A DNA stretch of 64,000 nt from Bacteroidales bacterium (GCA_023133655.1 JAGLWB010000041.1:5405-69404), one strand, 5' to 3'; counted from the stretch's first letter, positions 1 through 10,265 are shown. Notes: generated from the letters alone by a model not told the origin. Made by a program: numbers and translations.

Positions 1-2
1 TT

Positions 3-1040
3 ATGGAAATTTCAGCCCTGAGCGATACAGGAGAAATAACAAAACCTTTCTTAACCAACTATGGGTGGCATATTGTTAAACTCGTTGAAAAAAAAGGGCT
101 ACCCTCTTTCGAAGAAGATATTCCTGAGCTAAAAGGAAGAATAGTAAGAAGCGACCGATCTAAAGAAAGCCAAAAATCATTCATCAGGCAATCTAAAACC
201 GAATATAATTTCACCGAATACAAAGAAAACCTTGAAGAAATATATTCGCTCGTGAATGATACCATATTCAAAGCAAAATGGCATCCTGAAAATACCAACC
301 AATCTGATAACCTTTTGTTTCAACTTGATGGCAATGACTATTTTCAAAAAGATTTTATCGCCTACCTCGAGAAAACTCAATCAGTCACTCCAAGGGAGGA
401 TATAAAAGTCTTTGTGAATAAAAAATTCAACAGCTTTATCAATGCAAGTATAATAGCTTATGAAGATAGTCAGCTTGAAAAAAAATATCCGGAATTCCGG
501 ACCCTTGTTAAAGAATACAGAGATGGAATCCTTTTGTTTGAGTTGACCGATCAGAAAGTTTGGTCGAAAGCTATAAATGATTCCATTGGGTTGGCTGAAT
601 TCTATAATACGCATAAAAACAACTATATGTGGGATGAAAGACTCAATACTTCTATCTATACATTCTCAAATCCGGCGTATGTTAAACAGGCTCGTAAAAT
701 GGCCAGGAAAGGATTTAATAAAAATGATATTTTAAATGCCATTAACCCTGATTCGGTAATTTATCTCACCATTATTGACGACAAATGTGAAAAAGGTGAT
801 AACCAAATCATTGATAAAATTAATTGGAAAAAAGGAATTACGGATAATTTTGAGGTAGATGGCCAAATTGTGTTTGTTGATGTTCATGAGGTATTATCTC
901 CGCAACCTAAATTATTAAGTGAAGCGCGGGGGATCATTACTGCCGATTACCAAAATTTTTTAGAGAAAGAATGGATTAAAGAACTTAGGATGAAATATCC
1001 TGTTGATGTAAATCAGGACGTCTTTTCTAAAATAAAATGA
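3..1040 (+). CDS. PpiC/parvulin-type peptidyl-prolyl isomerase, PpiD/SurA-like periplasmic chaperone (3' part; gene begins upstream of window)
   Basis: ORF is open to the window edge. It starts with the parvulin C-terminal signature 'NYGWHIVKLVEKKG', followed by a long charged helical chaperone-like region. ATGA stop/start overlap with the next ORF. Same-strand cluster with a SurA-like gene. Confidence 0.7.
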   Translation: MEISALSDTGEITKPFLTNYGWHIVKLVEKKGLPSFEEDIPELKGRIVRSDRSKESQKSFIRQSKTEYNFTEYKENLEEIYSLVNDTIFKAKWHPENTNQSDNLLFQLDGNDYFQKDFIAYLEKTQSVTPREDIKVFVNKKFNSFINASIIAYEDSQLEKKYPEFRTLVKEYRDGILLFELTDQKVWSKAINDSIGLAEFYNTHKNNYMWDERLNTSIYTFSNPAYVKQARKMARKGFNKNDILNAINPDSVIYLTIIDDKCEKGDNQIIDKINWKKGITDNFEVDGQIVFVDVHEVLSPQPKLLSEARGIITADYQNFLEKEWIKELRMKYPVDVNQDVFSKIK

Positions 1041-1891
1041 AAACTAACTTATTCATACATACAATAATTATGTTGGTTTTCCTGCTGCTAGCATGCTCAC
1101 CGCAATTACCTCGCAATGAAGATGACGAAATTCTTGCAAGGACTTATAGAACTTATTTATATAAGTCTGAACTGGTTGATGTTGTGCCTGAAGGGACCAG
1201 TGTGAAAGACAGCATTTTATTGGTAAAAAATTATATTAACAAATGGGTACAACAACAACTTATTCTCAGAAAAGCCGAATCTAATCTTTCCGATGAACAA
1301 AAGGATTTTCGCATTCAACTCAAAAATTACCGAAACTCATTGATTACCTACCAGTATGAGACACAACTTATTCAACAAAACCTCGATAAAACAGTTACTG
1401 ACGACGAAATTGAAGAATATTATGAGCTGAATAAACAAAATTTTGAATTAAAAGAAAATATCGTTAAGGTATACTTCATTGTGTTAAGCATTGACTCCGT
1501 TTTGAATAATCCTGTTAAATCTTTATTATTATCTGATGACCAGGATGATCATAATGAGTTGGAAGAATACTGCAAACATTCGGCAAAAGAATACTTCATG
1601 GAAGACCAATGGTTGCTTTTTAATAAATTATTAACCTATACTCCTATAGAACTATATAATCAACAGGCCTTCCTGGAAGAAACTCCCTACTTTGAAACGC
1701 AAGATTCACTTTACAAATATTTTGTTAAAATTAATGATTATAAGATCAAAGAAAGTGTTTCTCCATTAAGTTTTGAAAAAGATGTCATCAATAATATTAT
1801 TATCAACAAACGAAAACTTGAATTAATTAAAAACATGCAGCAGGAAATTTTTGAAAATGCATTAAAGAATAATAATTTTGAAATATACTAA
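1037..1891 (+). CDS. Hypothetical exported (lipo)protein, SurA-N/PpiD-like chaperone region without a recognisable parvulin domain
   Basis: 284-aa ORF translationally coupled (ATGA) to the upstream PPIase gene. Signal peptide with lipobox-like 'LLLACS'. Charged helical sequence. No catalytic motif seen. Confidence 0.5.
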   Translation: MKTNLFIHTIIMLVFLLLACSPQLPRNEDDEILARTYRTYLYKSELVDVVPEGTSVKDSILLVKNYINKWVQQQLILRKAESNLSDEQKDFRIQLKNYRNSLITYQYETQLIQQNLDKTVTDDEIEEYYELNKQNFELKENIVKVYFIVLSIDSVLNNPVKSLLLSDDQDDHNELEEYCKHSAKEYFMEDQWLLFNKLLTYTPIELYNQQAFLEETPYFETQDSLYKYFVKINDYKIKESVSPLSFEKDVINNIIINKRKLELIKNMQQEIFENALKNNNFEIY

Positions 1892-1962
1892 CCTTTAGCA
1901 TAAAATAAATTATTACAATAAAATCCTGCGGATTATGTTAATTAGTTACCAGTGATTTCACT

Positions 1963-3315
1963 ATGATGAAAAAAATACAAATATACCTGCTTACTGTTCT
2001 GTTAAGCTTAAGTTATACCTCCCTTCATTCCCAGGAAATGATGATTGATGAGGTGGTTGCTGTCATTGGAAAGAATCCGATATTATACTCTGATATTGAG
2101 ACACAATATATGCAGTACCGCATGCAGGGTAATTTCAGGGGTGGAACTGCTGCCAGATGCCAAATTTTAGAGAGCTTGTTGTATCAAAAATTATTACTTC
2201 ATCAGGCAGAGGTCGACAGTGTAGAAGTTTCTGACAGCCATGTAGAATCGTCAATGGATGCCAGGTTAAGATATTACATTCAACAGTTTGGTTCGCAGGA
2301 AAAGCTGGAGGAATTTTATCAAAAATCCATTATTGAGATCAAAGAGGAGATGCGCGACCTCGTAAAAGATCAGATGAGGGTTGAACAAGTTCAGTCTGGT
2401 ATTATCATGAATGTTCAAATCACTCCGGCTGAGGTAAAATCATTTTATAACCGTATTCCATATGATAGCTTACCCTTAATTAACACTGGGTTTGAAATCA
2501 GACAGATTGTTAAAAACCCTCCTGTTTCTGCTGAAGAATTAACTAAAAGTCGCGACAAAATTAAAAATCTCAGAGAAAGAATAATTAATGGGGAGAGCTT
2601 TTCTACCCTTGCTATATTATACTCTGAAGACCCTGGTTCTGCAAGTAAAGGTGGAGAGTTGGGAATGTTCAATAGAGGCACCATGTACCCTGAATTTGAA
2701 GCAGCCTCTTTTAATTTAAATGAAATTAGCGCTGTTTCTGAAATTGTTAAAACAGAAGCTGGTTACCATATCATACAACTTATTGAAAACAACGGTGAAT
2801 ATATCAATGTCCGGCATATTCTTATCCAGCCTAAGGTATCTCCATTGGAATTGATCGATGCCAAAAACAGATTAGATAGCATTGCAGGTCTTATCGAAGA
2901 CAGCATAATGACGTTCAATGATGCTGCCCTGAAATTCTCAGATGATCCTGGCAAAATAAATGGAGGCCTTATGATTAACCCTGCTTCAAATACAACCCGC
3001 TTTTCTGCTGATGAGCTTGATCCTAATGTGTTCTTTGTAATCGATAAAATTGAAGTGGGAGATGTATCACAGCCCGTAAAATTTATTACCCCTGAAGGAA
3101 AAGAAGCTTATCGTATTCTTTTTCTCAAAACCCGTACCGACCCCCACCGAGCCAATTTAACAGATGATTACAGCAATATACAAGAGTGGGCTACAGAAGA
3201 AAAAAACAACAAGGTTATGCAAGAATGGGTGGAGCAAAAAATACAAAAAACCTATATAAAGATTAGTGATAAATACAGATCATGCCAGTTTACAAATAAA
3301 TGGACCAGGGACTAA
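1963..3315 (+). CDS. surA: SurA-like periplasmic peptidyl-prolyl isomerase/chaperone
   Basis: N-terminal signal peptide. One clear parvulin module ('GGELGMFNRGTMYPEFEAASFNL...EAGYHIIQL') and a second degenerate one ('GGLMINP...EAYRILFL'). 450 aa is typical SurA size. Confidence 0.8.
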   Translation: MMKKIQIYLLTVLLSLSYTSLHSQEMMIDEVVAVIGKNPILYSDIETQYMQYRMQGNFRGGTAARCQILESLLYQKLLLHQAEVDSVEVSDSHVESSMDARLRYYIQQFGSQEKLEEFYQKSIIEIKEEMRDLVKDQMRVEQVQSGIIMNVQITPAEVKSFYNRIPYDSLPLINTGFEIRQIVKNPPVSAEELTKSRDKIKNLRERIINGESFSTLAILYSEDPGSASKGGELGMFNRGTMYPEFEAASFNLNEISAVSEIVKTEAGYHIIQLIENNGEYINVRHILIQPKVSPLELIDAKNRLDSIAGLIEDSIMTFNDAALKFSDDPGKINGGLMINPASNTTRFSADELDPNVFFVIDKIEVGDVSQPVKFITPEGKEAYRILFLKTRTDPHRANLTDDYSNIQEWATEEKNNKVMQEWVEQKIQKTYIKISDKYRSCQFTNKWTRD

Positions 3316-3382
3316 TATTAAAACTCAATTTTTTTTTGGCAATTAATGTACTATTTTTACAATATTAAGTATTATCGGGGTT

Positions 3383-4348
3383 ATGAAATTTAATAGTGAT
3401 GTTGAAGCGCTGGATGTTTTTGTTGAAAAATACTCCAAATTAAAAGACGAAATTTCTAAAGTAATTGTTGGGCAAGACGAGGTAATAAAAAGTCTTTTTA
3501 TTACCATTTTCAGTAAAGGGCATGGACTTCTTGTTGGGGTTCCGGGGTTAGCAAAAACACTTATGGTAACAACAATATCCAAGGTGCTGGGACTGACATA
3601 CAGTCGAATCCAATTTACTCCTGATTTAATGCCTTCTGATATAATTGGAACCGAAATCCTTGATGAAACCCGAAAGTTTCGCTTTGTTAAAGGTCCTGTT
3701 TTTGCAAACATTATTTTAGCAGATGAGATCAACAGGACTCCGCCTAAAACCCAGTCGGCTCTCTTGGAAGCCATGCAGGAAAAATCTGTTACAGTCGCAG
3801 GAAACTCATATCCGTTACAGGAACCATTCTTTGTGCTGGCTACCCAGAATCCTATTGAACAGGAGGGTACTTATCCATTACCCGAAGCACAACTTGATAG
3901 ATTTATGTTAAACATTTGGCTGGATTACCCATCATTTAACGAAGAAATTGATATTGTAAAATATACTACCAGCGAATCATTCGCTGAACCAAAAGTTGTG
4001 CTTGAACGTGAAGAGATCATTTTCTTTCAAAATCTGATCCGTAAAATCCCGGTTCCGGATAATGTACTTCAATATGCTGTTAATTTAGTAGCTAAAACCC
4101 GGCCCAACACACCCGAGGCTCATCCCTGGGCTAACGATTACCTGACCTGGGGTGCAGGACCAAGAGCTTCCCAATTCCTGATAATTGGAGCAAAATGCAA
4201 TGCTGCCATTAATGGAAAATACTCTCCTGATATTGAAGATGTTCAGGCTGTTACTATTCCTATTCTACGTCATCGGCTTATAAAAAATTATAAGGCCGAA
4301 GCCGATGGAATACGAATACGTGATATTATAAACGAACTAGTGAAATAA
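3383..4348 (+). CDS. MoxR-family AAA+ ATPase
   Basis: Walker A 'GVPGLAKT', Walker B 'IILADEINR', MoxR-type 'WGAGPRASQ' lid motif. 321 aa. Confidence 0.9.
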   Translation: MKFNSDVEALDVFVEKYSKLKDEISKVIVGQDEVIKSLFITIFSKGHGLLVGVPGLAKTLMVTTISKVLGLTYSRIQFTPDLMPSDIIGTEILDETRKFRFVKGPVFANIILADEINRTPPKTQSALLEAMQEKSVTVAGNSYPLQEPFFVLATQNPIEQEGTYPLPEAQLDRFMLNIWLDYPSFNEEIDIVKYTTSESFAEPKVVLEREEIIFFQNLIRKIPVPDNVLQYAVNLVAKTRPNTPEAHPWANDYLTWGAGPRASQFLIIGAKCNAAINGKYSPDIEDVQAVTIPILRHRLIKNYKAEADGIRIRDIINELVK

Positions 4349-4373
4349 CTATGCATAATTATCAAACAAACCC

Positions 4374-5777
4374 ATGAGAAAAAAAATTTATATCGGCTTA
4401 GGATTAATGGTGGTCATCATTATTTCTCTTTGGTATTTCCTTGGACAAGAAGATTCTGAAATTCAAAAGGTTACTGTTTACCCTAAGGAGGGAAACTTTC
4501 AAATAAATGTTGTAACAACAGGTGAACTGGAAGCAAAAAGCTCTGAAAAAATCTTTGGGCCTTCCGGCCTTCGGTCTGTCAGAATATGGAATGTGAAAAT
4601 TGAAGATATAGTTTCTGATGGAACAGTAGTCGATTCCGGTCAATACATTGCTACCCTTGATAGAACAGAGATAAGTAATCGAATAAAAGATGTAGAAAGT
4701 GAAGTTGAAAAATTGGAATCACAGTATGTTAAAACAAAACTAGATACTGCCATGGATATGCGTAATGCACGCAATCAATTAATAAATCTTGAATATAACC
4801 TGGAAGAAAAACGTATCAGGCTGGAGCAATCCAAATATGAACCTCCGGCCACAATCCGCCAATACCAAATCGATCTCGAAAAAGGAGAAAGAGACCTTGC
4901 TGAAGCAATAAACAATTACGACCTGAACTTAGAGAAAGCTGCTGTTATCATGCAGGAAGTAAGTGTTACCCTGAAACAGGAAAAACGAAATCTTGATCAA
5001 ATGATATCTGTTAGAGACCAATTCATTGTAAAAGCTCCAAAAGCAGGAATGGTCATCTATAAAAGAAACTGGGACGGAGCCAAACAGGGTGTAGGGTCAA
5101 CAGTAAGTGCATGGGATAATGTAGTGGCTACCCTGCCCGACCTTTCTAAAATGATCTCGAAAACATATGTGAACGAAATTGATATCAGTAAAATAAAAAC
5201 AGGGCAGGAAGTTGAAATTGGTGTGGATGCATTCCCTGAAAAATCTTATACCGGAAAAGTTATTGAAGTGGCTAATATTGGTGAACAGATGAAGAATTCT
5301 AACGCCAAAGTCTTTGAAATCCTTATTGAAATCTACGAATTTGACTCTATCCTTCGACCTTCTATGACAACTAAAAACACCATCATTACCGCAATTATCG
5401 ATAGTGTTTGTTATATTCCATTAGAAGCAGTAAATAATAATGACAGCCTTACTTTTGTTTATACAAATTCTAAAAGAAGACAACAGATTATTCTTGGACA
5501 AAGTAATGAAAATGAAGTTATCGTCAGAGCAGGGCTTAACCCTGATGATGAAATCTATCTGCTCCAACCTGTAAATCCTGACAATTTTAAAATCGTAACA
5601 CTTGATACAGCCATAATCCATAATCTCGAAAAAGAAGATCAACAAAAGAAAAAACAAAATACGAAGCTTAAGGAAGATGATAAGCAATTCCAGGATAAAA
5701 AATTAACACCTGAGCAAATAAAAAAACTAAGAGAACAAAAAGGAGGTTCCCGAAAAGGAAAAAAAAATAAACATTAA
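4374..5777 (+). CDS. HlyD/MacA-family efflux periplasmic adaptor with lysine-rich C-terminal tail
   Basis: N-terminal TM anchor, long coiled-coil segment, C-terminal beta-barrel-like region. Precedes an FtsX permease and TolC. The last ~55 aa are K/Q/E-rich ('QQKKKQNTKLKEDDKQ...SRKGKKNKH'). Confidence 0.8.
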   Translation: MRKKIYIGLGLMVVIIISLWYFLGQEDSEIQKVTVYPKEGNFQINVVTTGELEAKSSEKIFGPSGLRSVRIWNVKIEDIVSDGTVVDSGQYIATLDRTEISNRIKDVESEVEKLESQYVKTKLDTAMDMRNARNQLINLEYNLEEKRIRLEQSKYEPPATIRQYQIDLEKGERDLAEAINNYDLNLEKAAVIMQEVSVTLKQEKRNLDQMISVRDQFIVKAPKAGMVIYKRNWDGAKQGVGSTVSAWDNVVATLPDLSKMISKTYVNEIDISKIKTGQEVEIGVDAFPEKSYTGKVIEVANIGEQMKNSNAKVFEILIEIYEFDSILRPSMTTKNTIITAIIDSVCYIPLEAVNNNDSLTFVYTNSKRRQQIILGQSNENEVIVRAGLNPDDEIYLLQPVNPDNFKIVTLDTAIIHNLEKEDQQKKKQNTKLKEDDKQFQDKKLTPEQIKKLREQKGGSRKGKKNKH

Positions 5778-5815
5778 TAACATCTCTTTCCTTTGATAGA
5801 TGATGAGTTAATTAT

Positions 5816-7165
5816 ATGGAACGTTATTTTTACATCATAAATATTGCCGTTGAAGCTGTTTTTGCAAATAGATTCCGATCCATGTTAACAGCATTGGGTA
5901 TCATATTTGGAGTTGCTGCAGTTATTGCCATGCTTGCTATCGGAAATGGTGCGCAACAGGAAATCCTGGAACAAATAAAACTCGTTGGCCTAAATAATAT
6001 CGTAATAACCCCAAAGGTGCAGATCGAGAATAATACAGAAGATGATGAAGGATCACCTGGTAAAGTGAGAGGAAAATTTTCACCAGGCCTGACATTAGCT
6101 GATGCACATAGTATAAAAAAAATAATTCCAACTGTTAACATTATCAGTCCGGAGGTAATTTACGACACCTATATTCTTAAAGATGGATTTCGTAAGCCGG
6201 CCAAACTATCAGGTATTACCCCCGATTTCTTCAAAATATACAATCTGACTATTCAGGAAGGAAACATGTTCAGTGAACAACAGCTCACCGATGGTAAGGC
6301 CGTTTGCATTATTGGCCCTGCAATCAAATCAAAATTTTTCCAACAGGAAAATCCAATTGGGAAATATATCAAATGTGGAAATATCTGGCTGAAAGTTATC
6401 GGTATCCTTGAAAACCGCAGGGTTAGTGAAGGGATTACAGAAAACCTGGGCATAAGTAATTACAACAATAATATATATGCCCCGATTCAAACGGTATTGT
6501 TGCGGTTTAAAGACCGGTCAGTCGTTACCGGAAACTCTTTACAAGGTGTATCAGTTTTTGTATCAGGAAATACCATGGTTGCCATTAGTGGAGAAGAAGA
6601 TGAGAAGGCAAAAGCCAATCAATTAGATAAAATTGTCGTTCAGGTAAATGAAAGTGCACAACTCAATCCAACGAAAAAAATTATTGTTCAAATGTTGACA
6701 AGACGACACTCGGAGGTGGTTGATTTTGAGATAAAAATACCTGAACTCCTATTGAAACAAGAGCAAAAAACAAAAGATATTTTTAATATTGTTCTCGGGG
6801 CCATCGCCAGTATATCATTAATTGTTGGGGGTATAGGTATCATGAATATTATGCTCGCTTCAGTCATGGAAAGAATTAAAGAGATTGGTATCCGCATGGC
6901 TACCGGAGCAACTAAAAAAGACATAGTTTTTCAGTTTCTTGCTGAGGCCATATTGATTAGTATTACCGGAGGATTAATTGGTATTATGTTTGGCATTGCA
7001 TTTGCGAAAGTTATTATGAAAATCACTGATATACTTACCATAGTTTCCCCGGGATCAATAATTATTTCGTTTGGAGTTTCTGTAGCTGTGGGTATTTTGT
7101 TTGGCTATATGCCAGCAAAAAAAGCTGCCGAGCAAGATCCCGTTGTATCATTAAGGCATGAATAA
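5816..7165 (+). CDS. MacB-like ABC transporter permease (MacB periplasmic core domain + FtsX domain), no fused ATPase
   Basis: TM1, then a large periplasmic domain, then three C-terminal TMs. Typical FtsX/MacB end 'GYMPAKKAAEQDPVVSLRHE'. Confidence 0.85.
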   Translation: MERYFYIINIAVEAVFANRFRSMLTALGIIFGVAAVIAMLAIGNGAQQEILEQIKLVGLNNIVITPKVQIENNTEDDEGSPGKVRGKFSPGLTLADAHSIKKIIPTVNIISPEVIYDTYILKDGFRKPAKLSGITPDFFKIYNLTIQEGNMFSEQQLTDGKAVCIIGPAIKSKFFQQENPIGKYIKCGNIWLKVIGILENRRVSEGITENLGISNYNNNIYAPIQTVLLRFKDRSVVTGNSLQGVSVFVSGNTMVAISGEEDEKAKANQLDKIVVQVNESAQLNPTKKIIVQMLTRRHSEVVDFEIKIPELLLKQEQKTKDIFNIVLGAIASISLIVGGIGIMNIMLASVMERIKEIGIRMATGATKKDIVFQFLAEAILISITGGLIGIMFGIAFAKVIMKITDILTIVSPGSIIISFGVSVAVGILFGYMPAKKAAEQDPVVSLRHE

Positions 7166-7182
7166 TTAAGGAATAAACTCTC

Positions 7183-8676
7183 ATGATAATTCTTCTAAAA
7201 AAAATTTCTTCTAACATTGCTTTCCTGATTATCATTTGCACTACTAATTCGGGAATTGCACAAAATGAGCCAATCCACTTATCATTTAATGATGTTGTAG
7301 AAATTGCTCATGAACAATCCCCGGATGCGCTGATGGCTAAACATCGGTACAGAAGCAGTTATTGGCAATATCGTACTTATCAGGCAGGCTACAAACCTTC
7401 ATTAATCCTTGATGGAACCCTCCCTAATTATAGCCGTTCCATCGATGTTATCACCCAACCCGATGGATCAGAATTATTTATTAAACGACAAGTCGCACGA
7501 TCATCACTCAATCTTTCTTTATCCCAAAATATTCCGTTCACTGGTGGTGAAGTGTTTCTTAACTCAAGTGCCCAGCGTATCGATAACTTTGGTGATTCCT
7601 CATACTGGTCCTATTTAACTACTCCCCTGACCATAGGTATCCGCCAGCCTATTTTTGAGTACAATCCTTTCCGGTGGGACACTAAAATTGAACCCATTAA
7701 GTATGAAGAGGCCAAGCGAAAGCATATTGAAGATATTGAACAGGTATCTATTAAAGCTACTAATATTTTCTTTAATCTTTTGCTTGCACAAATAAACCTT
7801 AAAATCCAGCAGGTTAACCAGGCCAATAATGATACCTTGTATCAAATAGCTCTTGGGAGATATAATATCGGTACCATCGCAGAAAACGAATTGCTGCAAA
7901 TGGAATTAAATTTCCTTAATTCTAATTCCAGCCTCGAACAGGCAAAACTCGATGTGGAAATAAATATATTTAACCTCAAGTCGTTCCTGAGAATTAAAGA
8001 TGATGTTGCAATCGTGCTTATACCTCCTGAAAAAATACCCGATTTTACTATCAACGTTCAGGATGCGCTATGGGAAGCCAGGAATAACCGGTCAGAAGCG
8101 CTTGCTTTTGATCGCAGGTTGCTGCAAGCAGAAAGTGAAGTAAACAGAGCAAAAATGCAAAACAGGTTTTCTGCTGATCTTGTAGCTATCTACGGATTAA
8201 CTCAAACAGGAGCATCAATGCATGAAGCATATCAGGACCCACTGAATGAACAACAACTATTTCTTGGGATACAGGTTCCAATCCTGGACTGGGGATTAGC
8301 AAAAGGGAAGATAAAAATGGCCGAATCAAATGAAGAATTAATTAAAACCTCTGTTGAACAAGAACAAATTGATTTTAATCAGGAGATATTTATCAAGGTC
8401 ATGCAATTCAATATGCAACCTGATCAGGTTGCAATAGCATACAAAAGCGATCAGGTTGCACAAAAAAGATATGATGTAACTAAACAACGATTTTTTATCG
8501 GTACTATTGATATCATTGAACTTAATCTTGCGCAAACGGATAAAGATAATAACCGTAAAGCTTATATCACAGCTCTCTATAACTTCTGGAGATATTACTA
8601 CGAAATCAGACAGCTGACACTTTTCGACTTTTTCATTCACAAACGAATATTTCTTAACCTGGAAAATATCAGGTAA
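7183..8676 (+). CDS. TolC-family outer membrane efflux protein
   Basis: Signal peptide, ~500 aa, two-repeat helical/beta pattern typical of OEP/TolC proteins. Last gene of the adaptor-permease-OMP string. Confidence 0.8.
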   Translation: MIILLKKISSNIAFLIIICTTNSGIAQNEPIHLSFNDVVEIAHEQSPDALMAKHRYRSSYWQYRTYQAGYKPSLILDGTLPNYSRSIDVITQPDGSELFIKRQVARSSLNLSLSQNIPFTGGEVFLNSSAQRIDNFGDSSYWSYLTTPLTIGIRQPIFEYNPFRWDTKIEPIKYEEAKRKHIEDIEQVSIKATNIFFNLLLAQINLKIQQVNQANNDTLYQIALGRYNIGTIAENELLQMELNFLNSNSSLEQAKLDVEINIFNLKSFLRIKDDVAIVLIPPEKIPDFTINVQDALWEARNNRSEALAFDRRLLQAESEVNRAKMQNRFSADLVAIYGLTQTGASMHEAYQDPLNEQQLFLGIQVPILDWGLAKGKIKMAESNEELIKTSVEQEQIDFNQEIFIKVMQFNMQPDQVAIAYKSDQVAQKRYDVTKQRFFIGTIDIIELNLAQTDKDNNRKAYITALYNFWRYYYEIRQLTLFDFFIHKRIFLNLENIR

Positions 8677-8721
8677 TCCTCAACTTTTTCTTAATCACCT
8701 CTATATTAAACTGATTTTATG

Positions 8722-8729
8722 TATCTTTG
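8722..8729 (+). promoter_or_regulatory. Putative Bacteroidota sigma-A -7 box (TATCTTTG) for ahpC
   Basis: Exact match to TAnnTTTG, 46 nt upstream of the ATG, in a 98-nt spacer. Confidence 0.4.
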
Positions 8730-8774
8730 CGAAAATTTTCCAGAATCAAATTATTAACTAAAATCTTATAGTAA

Positions 8775-9410
8775 ATGGCAGTATTAGTAGGAAAAAAAGC
8801 CCCTTTATTTGAGGCTGATGCCGTGATAAACGGTGGAGAGTTTGTTGAAAAATTCTCACTTGAACAATATATTGGAAAAAAATATGTGGTGTTTTTCTTT
8901 TATCCTCTCGATTTCACGTTTGTTTGCCCTACCGAAATCCTGGCTTTCCAGGAAAAACTCGAAGAATTTAACAAAAAAAATGTTGCTGTAGTCGGTTGCT
9001 CTATCGACTCAACTTATTCTCACTGGGCATGGCTGAATACCGAAAAAGACGCTGGCGGAATTAAAGGAGTAACATACCCCCTTGTTTCGGACCTATCTAA
9101 AACCATCTCTCAAAATTTTGATGTGCTGGCAGGCGAATATGAATACAATGTTGAAGATGATGAGATTGAATTTGAAGGCGATGCGGTTGCTTACAGAGGC
9201 CTTTTCCTCATCGATAAACAAGGTGTGGTACGCCACCAGGTTGTAAATGACCTTCCCCTCGGAAGAAGTATCATCGAAACATTAAGAATGGTTGACGCTC
9301 TCCTGTTTTCTGAAGAACACGGTGAGGTTTGCCCTGCCGACTGGAAAGAAGGCGACGATGCTATGCAACCAACACATGAAGGGGTTGCTGATTATCTAAG
9401 CAAACATTAA
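8775..9410 (+). CDS. ahpC: Typical 2-Cys peroxiredoxin (AhpC/Prx1 type)
   Basis: Peroxidatic motif 'FFFYPLDFTFVCPTE' and resolving Cys 'GEVCPA'. 211 aa. Confidence 0.9.
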   Translation: MAVLVGKKAPLFEADAVINGGEFVEKFSLEQYIGKKYVVFFFYPLDFTFVCPTEILAFQEKLEEFNKKNVAVVGCSIDSTYSHWAWLNTEKDAGGIKGVTYPLVSDLSKTISQNFDVLAGEYEYNVEDDEIEFEGDAVAYRGLFLIDKQGVVRHQVVNDLPLGRSIIETLRMVDALLFSEEHGEVCPADWKEGDDAMQPTHEGVADYLSKH

Positions 9411-9442
9411 AGAATACAATAACTTCTGAAAAAATAATCCGG

Positions 9443-10213
9443 CTACTCTAAAGCCTTTGCCTCATTCCAATATATATCCATATCTTCTAACGACATCTCA
9501 TCCAACCGCTTCCCGTCTTTCCTTGAATGCTCCTCTAAAAATTGAAATCTCCTGATAAACCTACGGTTGGTTTTTTCAAGAGCATCCTCAGGATTAACTT
9601 TTATAAATCTGGCATAATTTACAAGTGCGAACATTAAATCCCCAAACTCAGCCTCTTTTCTTTCTTTGTTTGAACCATTTTTTACTTCATGCATTAACTC
9701 CTCCTGTTCCTCAATAACCTTTTCCCAAACCTGATGTGGTTCCTCCCAGTCAAACCCCATTCCGCTTGCTTTTTCTTGTATTCGATATGCTTTAATCAAT
9801 GCAGGTAATGAGTTAGGAACACCTGAAAGTGCAGATTTTCTGCCTTCTTTCATTTTTATTCTTTCCCAGTTACTTTTAACTTCACCTGCATCCCGAACTT
9901 TAACATCACCATAAATATGGGGATGCCTTTGAATAAGCTTTTCGTTTATACTATTAATTACATCTGCCAAATCAAAATCACCTGTTTCAGAAGCTATCTT
10001 GGCATAAAAAACTAAGTGTAACATTAAATCACCAAGCTCCATTTTTATTTCTTGCATATCCTTCTGCATTATAGCATCAGAAAGTTCATAAGTCTCCTCA
10101 ATAGTTAAATGTCTCAAACTTTCGATCGTCTGTTCTCTATCCCATGGACATTGTGTACGTAATTCATCCATTATTGTCAATAATCGCTTAAAAGCAGCTA
10201 ATTTTTCTTCCAT
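9443..10213 (-). CDS. mazG: Nucleoside triphosphate pyrophosphohydrolase MazG
   Basis: Tandem MazG modules with 'EETYELSDAI' and 'ELGDL'/'EFGDLMFAL' motifs. The ORF-track start 10231 is a TTG extension. ATG at 10213 gives 'MEEKLAAFKRL'. Confidence 0.85.
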   Translation of the reverse strand: MEEKLAAFKRLLTIMDELRTQCPWDREQTIESLRHLTIEETYELSDAIMQKDMQEIKMELGDLMLHLVFYAKIASETGDFDLADVINSINEKLIQRHPHIYGDVKVRDAGEVKSNWERIKMKEGRKSALSGVPNSLPALIKAYRIQEKASGMGFDWEEPHQVWEKVIEEQEELMHEVKNGSNKERKEAEFGDLMFALVNYARFIKVNPEDALEKTNRRFIRRFQFLEEHSRKDGKRLDEMSLEDMDIYWNEAKALE

Positions 10214-10265
10214 CTTAATACTTTTTTGCAAAAATAATCATTTATTCACCAGACCATATTTTTTA

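Noticed and set aside
3343-3774. 143-aa ORF antisense to the MoxR gene.
   Set aside because: It is fully embedded opposite a strongly motif-supported gene. Its composition is low-complexity and Ser/Ile/Leu-rich, as expected from antisense reading of an AT-rich CDS.
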